Shown in pieces: positions 37,771-51,475 of a stretch of DNA of 64,000 bases (position 1 is the first letter of the stretch; every line of letters starts with the position of its first letter). This DNA is from Octopus vulgaris. Taxonomy: Eukaryota. The translations under genes and the position numbers were made by a program. The notes under the pieces were generated by a model that saw nothing but the letters and a program-made list of their open reading frames with translations, did no database searches and was not told the origin of the DNA. The stretch lies in the NCBI GenBank assembly GCA_951406725.2, contig OX597827.1:31434001-31498000 (forward strand). The letters run 5' to 3'.

Positions 37771-40512
37771 ATATGACCTTGGTGAGTGTGTATGCTCCAA
37801 CTATGTGCTATACTGATGATGAAAAACTTTCTTTCTACCATGCTTTGAATGGCATTATAAGAAATATCCCTTGGGCAGACAAAGTCATCGTACTGGGTGA
37901 CTTTAATGCTAGAGTGGGTAGGGATTTTAACACATGGACTGTAATTGGAAAGCATGGGGTGGGGAAGTGTAATAGTAATGGCATGCTTTTGCTGCAGATG
38001 TGTGAGGAGCTGCGTCTGTGTGTTACCAATACCATGTTTCAACAAAAGAATAAGCTTAAGATTACATGGATGCACCCTGCATCTGAAGAATGGCATATTC
38101 TGGATTACATCCTAGTTAGGGTGCATGACAGACAGGATGTGCAGTGTGTTTGTGTTCTTCGTGGAGCTGATTGTTGGGCTGACCACCGCCTAGTCAGTGC
38201 AAAAATGAAATTAGTCACAAAACATAAAATCCGAGCTGCAGGGATTACCCTGCCTAAAAGACTGAATGTTGATTGTCTTAAGTATAATAGTGTGAAGCGA
38301 ACTTTACGAGAGGAAATGAATGCTGCAGATATTGGGGAGGATTGGCCGACCCTTAAAAAGTCAGTTTATGATATAGGCAAGAAAGTTCTGGGATTGATAC
38401 AAAGAAAGCATCAAGATTGGTTCAAAGAAAATGATGAACATATAGATGATTTATTGGCTGATAAAAGATGTACTTCGTCACGCTATTTGTCAGCAAAGCC
38501 ACAGGAAAGGGAAGTATTGCATAGGGAACTCAAGGACGTAAAATCACGTGTGAGGCGAAGGCTCTCAGAGATGAGGGATACGTGGTGGAGTAAGAAGGCT
38601 GATGAGATACAGGCGGCATCAGATTACAATAACACAGAGCTGTTGTATGGTCTCTTGTGAGAAGTTTATGGACCAACATCTTCCCTGATGACACCACTCC
38701 GAAGCAGGGATGGTAAAGAACTTCTTCGTGATTCACAAGGAATTCCGTGAAGGAGGCAAGAACACTTTGATGAACTTTTGAATCAGCAGTCTGTAGTTAG
38801 TGAGGATGTTCTCAATCTCATCCCTGGATTGCCTGAGAAGGCAGCACTCGCAGAACCACCAAAGTTGAAAGAAGTTGCAATGGCTGTCTCAAGGTTGAAT
38901 AATGGGAAGTCTCTGGGTATGGATGGCATACATGCGGAGTTGTTACAGCATGGTGGTGAGAAAATTCTGCAGAAACTTCACTCTTTGTTTGGTAATATAT
39001 GGACTAGTGAATCTGTACCTGAGGACTGGAGAGATGCAGTAATGGTGGTCCTGTATAAGGGAAAGGGCAACAGGAATGATTGTGGTAATTATAGGGGAGT
39101 ATCATTGCTGTTTGCCGTTGGAAAGGTTTTATGCAGGATACTTCTGGATCGTCTGCTGAAATACATTGCAGATTGTGTTCTTCCAGAAAGTCAATCTGGC
39201 TTTTGTGTGGGACATGGCACTGCTGATATGATCTTTTCAGCTAGACAACTTCAGGAAAAGTGTGTGGAACAGGGTCTGGATTTGTATCAGGTTTTTGTCG
39301 ATCTGACAAAAGCCTTTGGTACCGTCAATAGAAAAGCATTGTGGAAAGTCCTCCAGAAACTTGGGTGTCCTGAAAAGTTCCTTGCTTTGGTTAGGTCTTT
39401 TCATGAAGACATGAATGGTAGGGTGAATGTTAGAGGGAAAATGTCGGAGCCCATTTCAATACAAAATGGAGTGAAACGGGGATATTCTGGCACTGACCCT
39501 ATTTTCCATATATTTCGCGATGGTGTTCTGTATTGCATTCAGAAACTACAGTTACGGTGTTTACGTCCATTATCGAACCTCTGGCAGCATATTTAATATC
39601 AGGCGCCTTGCTGCAAAAACAAAGATATTTACCTCTATCATAAGAGACCTTTTGTATGCAGATGATTGTGAGCTAGTAGCGCACACAGAGATTGATATGC
39701 AACACATTTTGAATGCATTCTCTGATGCTTGCACTGCCTTAGGATTGACAGTTAATCTCAAGAAAACTGTTGTCATGCATCAACCTGCCCCTGGTAAGCA
39801 GTATAGTGTACCAAATATCTATGTGTATGGTAAACGACTTGATGTAGTTGATCAGTTTGTCTACCTGGGAAGCACTATTAATAGATATAGCAATTTGGAT
39901 GATGAAATTCCATATAGAATTAGGAAAGCAAGTGTTGCTTTCGGAAGGCTAGAAAAGCGCCTCTGGAGTCGGTGAGACATATGCAGAAAGACAAAGATAA
40001 AGGTGTACAAGGCATATGTGCTCCCTTCTCTTCTCTATGCCTGCGAGTGGTGGGTCACCTTAAACAACTAGAACATTTCCATCAGATGTGCCTCAGATGG
40101 ATCTATGGCACTAAGTGGAAGGACCGCACCAATGATCTTGAAATATTGGAAGGCTCTCGGTGTGAAAGTATAGAAGCTCTTGTGTTAAAGCAAAGGCTCA
40201 GATGGAGTGGTCATCTGGTCAGAATGAAGGATTCAAGGATGCCAAAACAACTCTTTTATGGAAAGTTAGCTAAAGGAGAACAACCTCCATATAAACCAAA
40301 AGAGGTATAAGGACTTGCCGAAGGCTTCCTTAAGAGATGCTTGCATCTCTCCTGACACATGGGAAGGCATAGCTATTGATCGTAGCAGGTAGAGAAGGAT
40401 TGTTCATGAGGGGACAGCCACTTTTGAGAAATCTCGAGTTGCACATGAGAAAGTAAGGAGGGATGTCAGGAAGGGCATTGCTGTTACACTTCCAGAAGGG
40501 AAGGGTCTTCCT

Positions 40513-40836
40513 TTGATGCTGACATGCAATGTCTGTGCAAGACCCTGCCTCAGTAAAGCTGGACTCAAGAGTCATCTTTGTAGTCATAAAACGAGACAGA
40601 TGAGTGACAACCTGGCCACTGGTGGTGGTGTAACACACCATACTAATCATATCTGTTGGGCATGTGGAAGAGAGTGTAATTCGGCAGAAGGACTTAAACG
40701 ACATGCAAAGGTACATGAAGCCCAGTTACAACTACAGCCGGCTATTACCAGTAAAGGTTTTAGTTGCCAATTTTGTACAAGATATTGTAAATCTTTAGCT
40801 GGGCTAAAAAGTCACATTCAATCACAGCACCAGTAA
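40513..40836 (+). pseudogene. C-terminal triple C2H2 zinc-finger segment of the RTE ORF
   Basis: CNVC...HLCSH, CWAC...HAKVH, CQFC...HIQSQH. Confidence 0.8.
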
Positions 40837-40886
40837 CAGTTAAGCTTCGTGCAATGGCCATACTCGATAACGAGGGGGCAGCCATA

Positions 40887-40939
<53 letters not shown>

Positions 40940-40956
<17 letters not shown>

Positions 40957-41145
40957 TTGTCCCCCCAACATCGCTTGACAACTGATGGTGGTGTGTTTAT
41001 ATCACCATAGCTTAGCAGTTCGGCAAAAGAGACTGATGGGATAAGTACTAGGCTTACAAAGAATAAGTCCTGGGGTCGATTTGCTCGACTAAAGGCAGTG
41101 CTCCAGCATGGCCGCAGTCAAATGACTGAAACAAGTAAAAGAGTA
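40940..41145 (+). mobile_element. SINE B 3' half
   Basis: Ends in gactgaaacaagtaaaagagta. Confidence 0.85.
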
Positions 41146-41379
41146 CCCCAATCTTTTTTCTTTTCTTTTGTGAAAGAGAAAAACAATAAATATTGTTAAC
41201 AATTCATGAGGTACATGCAGAACAGTAAGAGTTCAAACAATAACATAACCATTTATTGTTAATACATTTGGGCAGATTTGAACGTGAATATCTGATTGTT
41301 GTTTTTCATCATCAGAGAACACCACCTTCCTTTAGCTGATAAATGATAATAACAAACACAATTCACCAGAGTAAGGAAA

Positions 41380-41430
41380 CTGTGAGACACCACAGCATTT
41401 CTACTTTGTTGTATATCTCTTCAATCAAAG
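41380..41430 (-). ncRNA. Degenerate hammerhead (first tandem unit)
   Basis: Reverse complement ctttga-TTGAAGA-gatatacaacaaagta-GAAAT-gctgtggt-GTC-tcacag. Confidence 0.45.
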
Positions 41431-41702
41431 ATATTCCATTGGACTGATGAATTTAATGAGAGCAGTCTTTTGTTTATGGAAATTCCCAAATAAATGTTAT
41501 CAGCTGATGGGTGATGTCTGCCAAACAGATAAGAATTCATCTGTTGCACGTGGAATGGTGAGAATCCAAACAATAACTCATCTCTCCAATCTCAATTCAT
41601 TCTGGCAGTTTCAAACATAAATATCTAAGCACTGTTGATTTTCGTCATCAGAGAACATTTCCTCCCATTAGAGTATATGAATTTATAGCATATGTGAAGG
41701 GA

Positions 41703-41751
41703 CTTTGAGACAGTGGTGTTTCGATCTTATTTTGTGTCTCCTCAGTCAAAG
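41703..41751 (-). ncRNA. Type I hammerhead ribozyme (second of two tandem units)
   Basis: Reverse complement ctttga-CTGAGGA-gacacaaaataagatc-GAAAC-accact-GTC-tcaaag. Stem II is weak. Confidence 0.65.
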
Positions 41752-43476
41752 CTACCCCACTGGACTGATAGATCAAATAAGAGCACTGGCTCTAGGTTAC
41801 AGAAATCAGCAAAGAATGGACATCCCCTAAAATGATGAGTTGGTCGCAATTTGAATTCATTTGATTATGTATCTACTTGATCAGGGTTGATCTGAAGCTA
41901 AACAACAACAACAACAACAACAATAGTAACAACAGCTATGTCTGAGTGTTTAGTTACTCCATCTTGCAACTTTGTGGAAATAAAATGATATAATAGATTA
42001 GTGCTTCTTAAACACTTTTATCTGTTATCCACCTTCACATTCTATTACTAATACTTTCTCAACACCCCCTTGCTATGATTCTGCAAAATTAAATATATCA
42101 TATGTACGTATCCATATATATGCATTCACAGGTCAGTACGCTATCTAAAGTACAGGTGCAGTGACTGTCTTAATTGAGTGTATGGAAATACCTACAAATC
42201 TCAAGAATGTTTTTTAAACTATACTTTATTGATTACAAGCATAAGTGGTGTGTGTGTGTGTGTGTGTATTCTTTTACTTGTTTCATTCATTTGACTTCGG
42301 CGATGCTAGAGCACTGCCTTAATTTACTTTGTTTTCAATTTTTCAATTTTTCAGCATCAAGATTTCAAAGATGTGATTGTATATCTTTAGAATGACATTG
42401 TAGGGTATATGTGAGAAGCCTGATCTGGCCAGTTGGAGGATAAAACAGTTTGAATATTTGGACAGGATTTGGCCAGTTTAAATGTTAAAGGGTTAAATAG
42501 TTTTTAAAGTTTAAATAGGAAACAAAGACTACAAAACAAATGGTGCAGAGGAATCAATTGCTACCCCCTATCATCCCCTTTGTCTCCAAGACCCATAAAA
42601 AACTGTTCACTGTCCCCCACCAAGACACAGTACCACCCACTTTAAGAATACCTACATTAAAGAATGTGCGAAAATGGCAATCAACTTCTCAGAATGTGTA
42701 GTATAGTCCTTAATTCAACAGAGAAATAAGGCCTTTGCAGACCAGTGGATCACATCTGGTCATTCAACTGGGTCTTCTTTATCAGTGCTGACCCTGGGCT
42801 ACACAATCATATCAACAACTATAGTGGCTTTAGTTCTCCTTCCCCAGACACATGCACAAGCTGACTCTTTAACAGATACATATATGAAAGGACATACACT
42901 TCAAATTTCTTTGAGATCCCAAACCGTAACCAACAAAGGTGTATTTAATTAAGAGTTAAAGATAATAATTTGAAGAATTTCTCACTAGGAGTATATTTAA
43001 CCATTCCAATACAAATAAATCTAATACTGTATTCTCCAGCATACAAGTCAACATAACATATTGTGTAAACATTCAAACATTGTCATTATGTTTTCAAATG
43101 TTGATGCATTTTACATGGAATTTTTGGTCCTCCAAAGTTTTCTTGTTCTTGACTTACCTTTTTTGGCTGTTTATTCTGTTTGGGATTTGCTAGAAAATAT
43201 GGTACCCTAATATTTTGAGAGTACACACAGTATGTGAATATTGTTCAAATAAATAATATATTACTGGCTTGAAAAATATGAAAACGTAATTAAGAGAAGG
43301 TGCAATATGGATAAGAGTCAGTTCTAGATTCATAAATATATGCTTAGGACTTGTTGCATTTAGAGTTTTTGAGAAAAAGAAATATTTTTTACATTGTAAA
43401 CAAATATATTAGTTCTGTAATTTAAGCATCTTGAAGAATCAACAGACACACACACACGGTAACACATGTATGTGTG

Positions 43477-43606
<130 letters not shown>

Positions 43607-44501
43607 CACACACATATATATGCACACACATCTACACATGTATACATATATAGATATATATAATTAATATCATCTGGGCAATAACCTTATAATATGCATT
43701 TCAAAGGTGTTCTACAGTCATCAGCTACCATGTGCTAACATACAGCAGGAGTTCTACTTTTACTGAAATATACATGTGGAAATCCATTAGAATTCACACT
43801 CACAAAAAAAAGATTTATAATACAAGAAGATGGAATGAACAGGCTTTAATCACAATCACAACTGTTTTTGTGCATTAGCATTTGCTGTTAGTTACTGTTT
43901 CACATATTATACGTATTGCTATATAAATATGATCCAGTGGTGTACCTGCACATCGTCAGGTGAGTGGCTTTGAGAACACTGCTCGATTACCAATATTTTT
44001 CGATCGTTTTATACCAAAATTCTATCTTTGGCATTCCCTTTATCAAGAAAATGCTAAAAATAGAATATGGGTCCTATTCTTTTCACCCTCCCACATTTTG
44101 CATCTACCTTCTTCTCCTCGTGATTCCTCTTCTTCCAACATCTTGATTTGTGGAAATGAACAGGTCATGTGGTCAGAGCCCGTAGATTGCTTGGAGACAC
44201 AAGGTGTGCTTATAAGAACCTACCTAGACTTGTGTCTCCAAAGCATGAAGCTATTAGCACCTCCTATCTTAATACTGTGTATATTAAATCATATGTCTTT
44301 TATCTTTTACTTGTTTCAATCATTTGACTGTAATCACACAAGGGTTTTTAATTAAACGAATTGACCCAAGGGCTTATTTTTTGAAACCTACTACTTATTC
44401 CATTGGTCTGCTTTATTGAACCACTAAGTGATGGGGATGTAAACACGCTAACACCAGTTGTCAAGTGTTGGTGGGGCAACACAGACACAATGACACCTGC
44501 T

Positions 44502-44822
44502 GAGACCCCCTTTGGTCACAACTGACCATGGGATTGCACCTAGAAAGTTACCCTCCCAGGCACAAGTCTGGGCAAGGCTGTTTATAGAAGACCAGCAGTC
44601 GCCCATGCATACCGGTCTCCCCTCTCCACACCACCGATGTCATCCAAGGGAAAATCAAAGGCCGATACAGCTTGACACCTGTGACATCAGCTGAGTGAAC
44701 TGGAGCAATGTGAAATAAAGTGTCTTGCTCAAGAACACAACACACAGCCCAGTCCAGGATTCAAACTCACAACCTCACGATCGTAAGCTCAACGCTCTAA
44801 CCACTGAGCCGTGCACCTTCAC
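44502..44822 (-). mobile_element. tRNA SINE with V/Meta-like core
   Basis: Reverse complement head ggctcagtggttagagcg...gagtttgaatcc, core gttcttgagcaagacacttt. Second copy at 58653-58935(+). Confidence 0.8.
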
Positions 44823-45024
44823 AAGGACACACACATATATAGGTGCAGGCGTGGCAGGGCGATAAGGAGCTTCCTTCCCAACTACATGGTTCTGGGTTCA
44901 GTCTCACTGTGTGACACCTTGAGAAAGTATCTTCCACTATAGTCTCAGGCCGACCAAAGCATTGTGAGTGAATTTGCAAGATGGAAACTGAAAGAAACCT
45001 ATCGTATATATATGTTTATATATA

Positions 45025-45405
45025 TTCTTTTACCTGTTTTAGTCCTTTGACTGTGGCTATGCTGGAGCACCACCTTTAGTCGAATAAATCAACCCCAAGA
45101 CTTATTTTTGTTGCCGAACCGCTAATGACGGTGATGTAACATCGGTTGTCAAGTGAGGTGGTAGGCAGACAAACACAGACATAAATAACAAATACACGCA
45201 TACATATATATGTATATATACATATGACGGGCTTCTTTCAGTTCCCGTCTACCAAAACCACTCACATGGCTTTGGTCGGCCTGAGGCTATAGTGGAAGAC
45301 ACTTGCCCAAGTGTCTTCCACTTGGGACTAAACCTGCAGTGGGACTAAACCTGGAACCATGTGGTTGGGAAGCAAGCTTCTTATTACACAGCCACTCCTG
45401 TGCCT
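45025..45405 (-). mobile_element. SINE family B
   Basis: Matches the family consensus. Confidence 0.8.
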
Positions 45406-45461
45406 AATATATGTATATATGTATTTGTGTGGGTGTATATATGTGTGTCTGAGTGAGTATG

Positions 45462-45498
<37 letters not shown>

Positions 45499-45517
45499 GT
45501 GTGTGTGTGTGTGTGTA

Positions 45518-45831
45518 TCTCTATATTATAATTCTGAAATGCAAAAAGTTTGTCTGGTTTTGGCATTGAGAATGGGTTAAAGGTCACTAGATCCTGTCGG
45601 ATCAACTCCAAAATTTACAGGGACATGTAAAATGAGGTGAGGATGCAAGAAATCTCTATCTTAAAAGGTGTGCTTACTAGGGCAAAAAACGCACACTTTG
45701 ACAAGTCTTCTCTCATTCTCTTATCTGCCTGTCTTCCTCTGACTCTCTCTCTTTCCTCCCTTCCTTTCACTTTCTCTCTATAACGTTGTTTCGCAGCATC
45801 TATCTTTCCCCTGCCGCCTTCGCCAGCACTG

Positions 45832-45884
<53 letters not shown>

Positions 45885-46178
45885 GTCTGTCTGCATTCAT
45901 AGAGAGAATTATCATCATCACCACCACACAATCATGAGAACAAATATTATGAATCAGATATTTATTAGGTTAATTTATTTGTGTGTGTGTGTGTGTTCTA
46001 TATATAAATATGTATATATAATGTATATATACAAAGTGTATATATCTGTATTTATATATATATTTATATATATATATATATATAATTTTTATACATTTGT
46101 ATATATACTGTGTATACACACACACACATATATATATAATGCGTATATATGTACATATATATATCTAATGTGTATATA

Positions 46179-46230
<52 letters not shown>

Positions 46231-49200
46231 GTATGCATTATGTGGTTGGTTGAGCTGAAAATATGCACACCTATATTAAAAGTGCTGGCAAGTTTGCATG
46301 ACAACTATTTTTTTTCTTCAAATGAAAGGCGTGACCTCTAGGACAAAATTCCTCATCTTATAAAATGTGGCCCCAGTAGACCCGAATGAAATCGGGTTAT
46401 ATTGACCAAAATGTGAAAAGGGGTCTAAATGGGGCTGGAAGGAGATTAAAATTTAAATGAGCGAGTGTTTAGGAATTCTGTTACATCAAGCTAAAAAATT
46501 TGCGCCAGCCTTTTAATCATCAATGTGTTGCCGTCCATGATGAGCACCAGGCTCCAGTCTGATCTGGCAGTGTTTCTACAGGTGGATGCCCTTCCTAACG
46601 CCAACCACTCTGTGAGTGTAGTGGGTGCTTTTTTCGTGCCGCCGGCACAGGTGCCAGGGGGTCTTGCAAAGGCAACGATCGGTTGGGGCTTTTTACTACA
46701 TGCTACCAGCACAGAAGCCAGTCAAGGCGGTGCTGCAATCGGCCACGTTCGGATGGTGCTTTTTATGTGCTGAAAAGAAGCAACAGAAAGTAACAACCAC
46801 ACTCTTACCCGCGCGTAGAGCGGGTCACCTTCAGCTAGTCTCTATATATAAAACTGAAATGCGTTTTTACCGCTTGGATCGCTTTCAAGGCCACTACATC
46901 CCGTCGGATTCACTCCAAAATTTACAGGGACATGTAAAATGAGGTGACGATGCACGTGGGCTACCTTAGAAATCCCTATCTTAAAAGGTGTCGTTGCTAG
47001 GGCCAAAAACCCACTTTGACAAGTCCACTCCTGTTCTTTAATGTATCTGTCTTCCTCAACTCACTCTCGCTATCTCCTCTCTTCCCAGCACTTTTTCACT
47101 CACTCTATTTCCTACCTTCCCATAACTTCAGCATTCTTTTATGTATCTGTCTGCATTCATAGAGAGAATTACCATCGCCACCACCAACACACAATCATGA
47201 CAATAAATACAACGTAGGTTCTTTGTATCTATAACATTTTAACATTTATTTAGAACCCTGCAAATTTTTCGTGCTAAATTTTCATTTTTTACTACTTTAT
47301 TATTTTTTCTTAAATTGATGCTTTTATTAAAATTAATTCTAATTGTCTGGGTCAACAGTTCGTTTCCTCGGAGGATATCGAAATTCCTATTACCCGTCAG
47401 AGAAATAACTCCAGCAGCTCACAACTATTTCAACAAATACAATGTTACCAGTCGAATTCAGCGTCAACGCTCGCGTATGAGAGAGACTCCAACACACACA
47501 CACATATATACATATATATATATATATGGCTTCCGTGTCGGTGGCACGTAAAAGGCACCGTCCGAATTGTGGCCGAAGCCAGTGCCGCCTTGACTGGCTT
47601 CCCTGCAGGTGGCACGTAAAATGCACCAATCCGACCGTGGCCGATGCCAGCCTCGCCTGGCACCAGTGCAGGTGGCACGTAAAAAGCACCCACTACACTC
47701 ACGGAGTGGTTGGCATTAGGAAGGGCATCCAGCTGTAGAAACATTGCCAGATAAGACCGGAGCCTGGTGCAGCCTTCTGGCTTCCCAGATCCCCGGTCGA
47801 ACCGTCCAACCCATGCTAGCATGGAGAACAGACGTTAAACGATGATGATGATGATGATGATGATATAATAATGTGTGCATTATGTGGTTGGTTGAGCTGA
47901 AAATATGCATACCTACTATGTTAAAAGTGCTGGCAAGTTTGCATGACAACTATTTTTTTTCCTCAAATGAAAGGTGTGACCTCTAGGACAAAATTCCTCA
48001 TCTTATAAAATGTGGCCCCAGTAGACCCGAATGAAATCGGGTTATATTAACCAAAATGTGAAAAGGGGTCTAAATGGGGCTGGAAGGGGATTAAAATTTA
48101 AATGAGCGAGCGTTTAGGAATTCTCTGTTACATCAAGCTAAAAAGTTTGCGCCAGCCTTTTAATCGTCAATGTGTTGCCGTCCATGATAAAGAAGTTTTG
48201 AATGCTTGCCATGGTGAGTCTACTGTCGTGAGAAAGAATCACTTCAAAACTTGGTGTTTAGGGATTTTCTTTTACATCAAGTTCAAAATTTTACGCCAGC
48301 CATTAAACTGTCAAAACGTTGCTGTCCGTCGTTAAGAAATGCCAGCCATGGTGACTCTACTATCCTCAGATTCTATCCCTTCAAACTTTGGTTTCCAATA
48401 TTTTATTATTTTTATTCAGCTCGCAAGTTTGTCTGTCCCATTTAAATGTTAGTGTTTTGCTGTCTGCCTTGAAGCAGACCTTTCCGTTGTTACTGCCTGA
48501 TATTTATGACTGATCATTCTAAATATTTTATTTCTCAACTTACTCAAGATCTTTTGTTGTTTATAAATGGGAGAGAGATAGATAAAGATAGAGAGTAAGA
48601 TAAAGCGAGGGAGAGTCCGAGAGAAAAGAAGAGTAAGAGAGTGGGGAAGGTGAGAGAGAAACAAAGAGGGAGAATCATCATCATCATCATCGTCGTTTAA
48701 CGTCCGTTTTCCGTGCTAGCACGGGTTGGACAGTTTGACCGGGGTCTGGGAAGCCAGGAGGCTGCACCAGGCTCCAGTCTTATCTGGCAGTGTTTCTACA
48801 GGTGGATGCCCTTCCTAACGCCAACCATTCTGTGAGCGTAGTGGGTGCTTTTTTCGTGCCACCAGCACAGATGCCAGGGTGGGGTGGCAGCGGCCACGAT
48901 CGGTTGGGGATTTTTACGTGCCACCGGCACAGAAGCCAGTCAATGCGGCGCTGCAATCAGCCACATTCGAATGGTGCTTTTTACATGTTGAAAGGAAGCA
49001 ACAGAAAGTAACAACCACACTCTTACCTACATGTAGAGTGGGTCACCTTCAGCTAGTCTTATCTATAAAATGAAGAAGGCAAACGTAGACACAAATTGGA
49101 TTTTAATGTAAAAAGGGGTCTAAATGGGGCTGGAAGAGGATTCAAATTTACAGGAGGGGGTAACTTGAGGGGGGAAATTGATTAGGGGGACGTTTTCTGG

Positions 49201-49558
49201 CGCTACAGTGGTTGCTTTGGTGGGAAAACTGGGATTTTATTGATTTGGGGGGTCTAGATTGGATACTTTTTGCCTGATTTCAATCAAATTTTCAACTTGC
49301 TAAAGTGGAAGCGGATTTGTAATTTAAACGCGGAAATCTAATTTTTTTATAAATGGCAGAGAGATAGATAGATAGAGAAAGATAAAGAGTAAGAGAAAGT
49401 GAGGGAAAGTCCGAGAGAAAGGAAGAATAAGAGAGTGGGGAAAAGAGAAAGGAGAGAGAAACAAAGAGGGACAATGTAGCGCTAAGAAACAGAATGGAAG
49501 CAACAGAAAGTAACAACCACAACCTCACCCACACGTAGAGTGGGTCACCTTAAGCTAG
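45518..49558 (+). mobile_element. Head-to-tail array of three non-autonomous Helitron-like units (45518-46838, 46839-49056, 49057-49558)
   Basis: Each unit starts TC and ends with a hairpin (acccgcgcgtagagcgggt-like) plus cacctt(c/a)agCTAG. The array is flanked by A and T with no TSD. Confidence 0.8.
47528..47862 (+). mobile_element. RTE 3'UTR-derived repeat inside Helitron unit 2
   Basis: CpG-rich copy with a (GAT)n tail. Confidence 0.8.
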
Positions 49559-49574
49559 TATATATATACGTTTA

Positions 49575-50096
49575 TATATTTGTTTTGCAAGATTTCTGAT
49601 GTGAAATCGTGTGTTGAAACAGATATTGTTGTATTTAGGAATGGTCATTTTGCCAGTTTAGCCAATAAAAACCCACGCACTATATATTTGGTGTTACTTT
49701 GCTTCAGCGTTATTTATATTTTATATTAATCTTAATCTTATTTCGGGTAAATGAACATTGGAGAGGACTTAAGGAAGGAAAGAGCTCATTGGTTCTGTAC
49801 CAACATGCCGAGCAGGAACACGAGGGCTCAATCAACAACATAGAAGTTAATATCTTGTCCACACATAGAACAGATGCAACAATCAGACAAATTACGGAAG
49901 CTACACACATAATAGAAGATAAACCTAGCCTGAATAGGAAATTGGAATGGAACACTAGCACAAACCACAGCATATGACAGAAGAGGATCCCCATAAACTG
50001 GTTACAATATAAACAAAACTAAAAACATAATAAAATACACAGAAAAATAAACAAATGGAAGTAAATAACTATATACATTAAAAATAAAATAATAAA

Positions 50097-50149
<53 letters not shown>

Positions 50150-50548
50150 GTAGGTGTAAACACATGAACAAAATAAAAATTACCAAAAAATAAATTACAC
50201 GAACGTATATAAACAGGAGATACAAATATTAAAGGCACTCACCCCCCCCCCACACACACACACTAACTAAACATAGACACACATAGGGGTATACGCATGC
50301 GTAAATGAAGACACATACAATAAGAATACAAAATACAAAATGGCTGACTGTTAGTAAGGAGAGACACACAAATAAGAAAGAAGAAAGTAAAGGACCATTG
50401 ATGTGGTCACAGGAGTGTGACGAAAGAACTCTGGCTGAAATAAGATTAAGATTAATGTAAAAAATAAATAACGCTGAAGCAAAGTAACATCAAATATATA
50501 GTATATGTGTTTTTATTGGCTAAACTGGCAAAATGACTATTCCTAAAT

Positions 50549-50557
<9 letters not shown>
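49575..50557 (+). mobile_element. 5'-truncated Penelope-like element with inverted pseudo-LTR
   Basis: GIY-YIG C-terminal fragment at 49744-49977. 49624-49743 is the reverse complement of 50436-50557. Degenerate HHR at 50395-50434. Confidence 0.8.
49744..49977 (+). pseudogene. Penelope GIY-YIG endonuclease C-terminal fragment
   Basis: RVNEHWR...SLVLYQH...H...IL...RQITEATHI...PSLNRKLEW matches the R..EH / R...EA / LN pattern of PLE endonucleases. Confidence 0.78.
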
Positions 50558-50585
<28 letters not shown>

Positions 50586-51437
50586 ATAGACTTCCTGGTT
50601 GGCCTGAGGCTATAGAAGACATTTGCCCAAGGTGCCACACGGTGGGATTGAACTTAGAACTATGTGGTTGGGAAGCAAGCTTCTTACCACAAAGCCATGC
50701 TATACATACATACACACACACGCATACATATATATATATTTGTGTGTATTTGTGTGTGTGTGTGTGAGTGAGAACACGAGTGCATGTATTGAAAATGTAC
50801 ACTCTCTTGCAGTGGAATGAAATCCCGTGTATGCACCCCTAGTTATTGGTAAAGCAACAGTGGTAATGAACAGATCAGTTTCCAGCCCCTTATCTGGTAT
50901 CAGTTTTATTACTTAACCTCATTTTTCAGCTGATAGATAGCAACTCTCATCTCCATATAAATTGCTGCTTAACTGACAAAGGAACGAGATCTAATTTGCA
51001 TATTGGTATTAGTTCCACAACTCTTTAAAAATGCTCTGTACATCAAACACAAAATAAAATTTAAATGTATACATCAGATAATGGAGTGTATTTATGTCCA
51101 TGACACATATAAATGTTAGATGCAGGCATTGTTGTGTTGTTGAGAAATTCTTTCTACAAACACATGGCTCTAGGTTCAATCCCGCTGCATGCTACCTTAA
51201 TTATTGAATGTCTTTTACTAAACCAGTGGGCTGATCAAAGTCTTGGCAGTGAATTTCGTTGAGAGGTAAGGAAAGAAGCCTATCATATATATACATAGAG
51301 ACACATACATATATATATATATATATATACATATAGACACATATATATATATACATACACACACACACACAATAAAAACAGATAAATGGGTTTTCTGGTG
51401 TTTCTACAATCGTTTGCAGGCCATATATATACATACA

Positions 51438-51475
<38 letters not shown>

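Larger units (their letters stand above)
36623..40890 (+). mobile_element. Full-length RTE-clade LINE (APE + RT + 3 C2H2 fingers), decayed
   Basis: APE motifs IGCWNVRTL, DIVALSE, GVAFAV, SVYAPT, GDFNARVG, LDYILV, DHRLV; RT motifs NYRGVSLL, FVDLTKAF, LLYADD, FVYLGS, LRWSGHLVRM. Confidence 0.93.

Noticed and set aside
40513-40836. Host C2H2 zinc-finger gene
   Set aside because: Lies inside the LINE, between the RT C-terminus and the element's tail.
49596-49620. ctgatg...gaaac hammerhead-like string
   Set aside because: The core is CTGATGT and no convincing stems I or II form.
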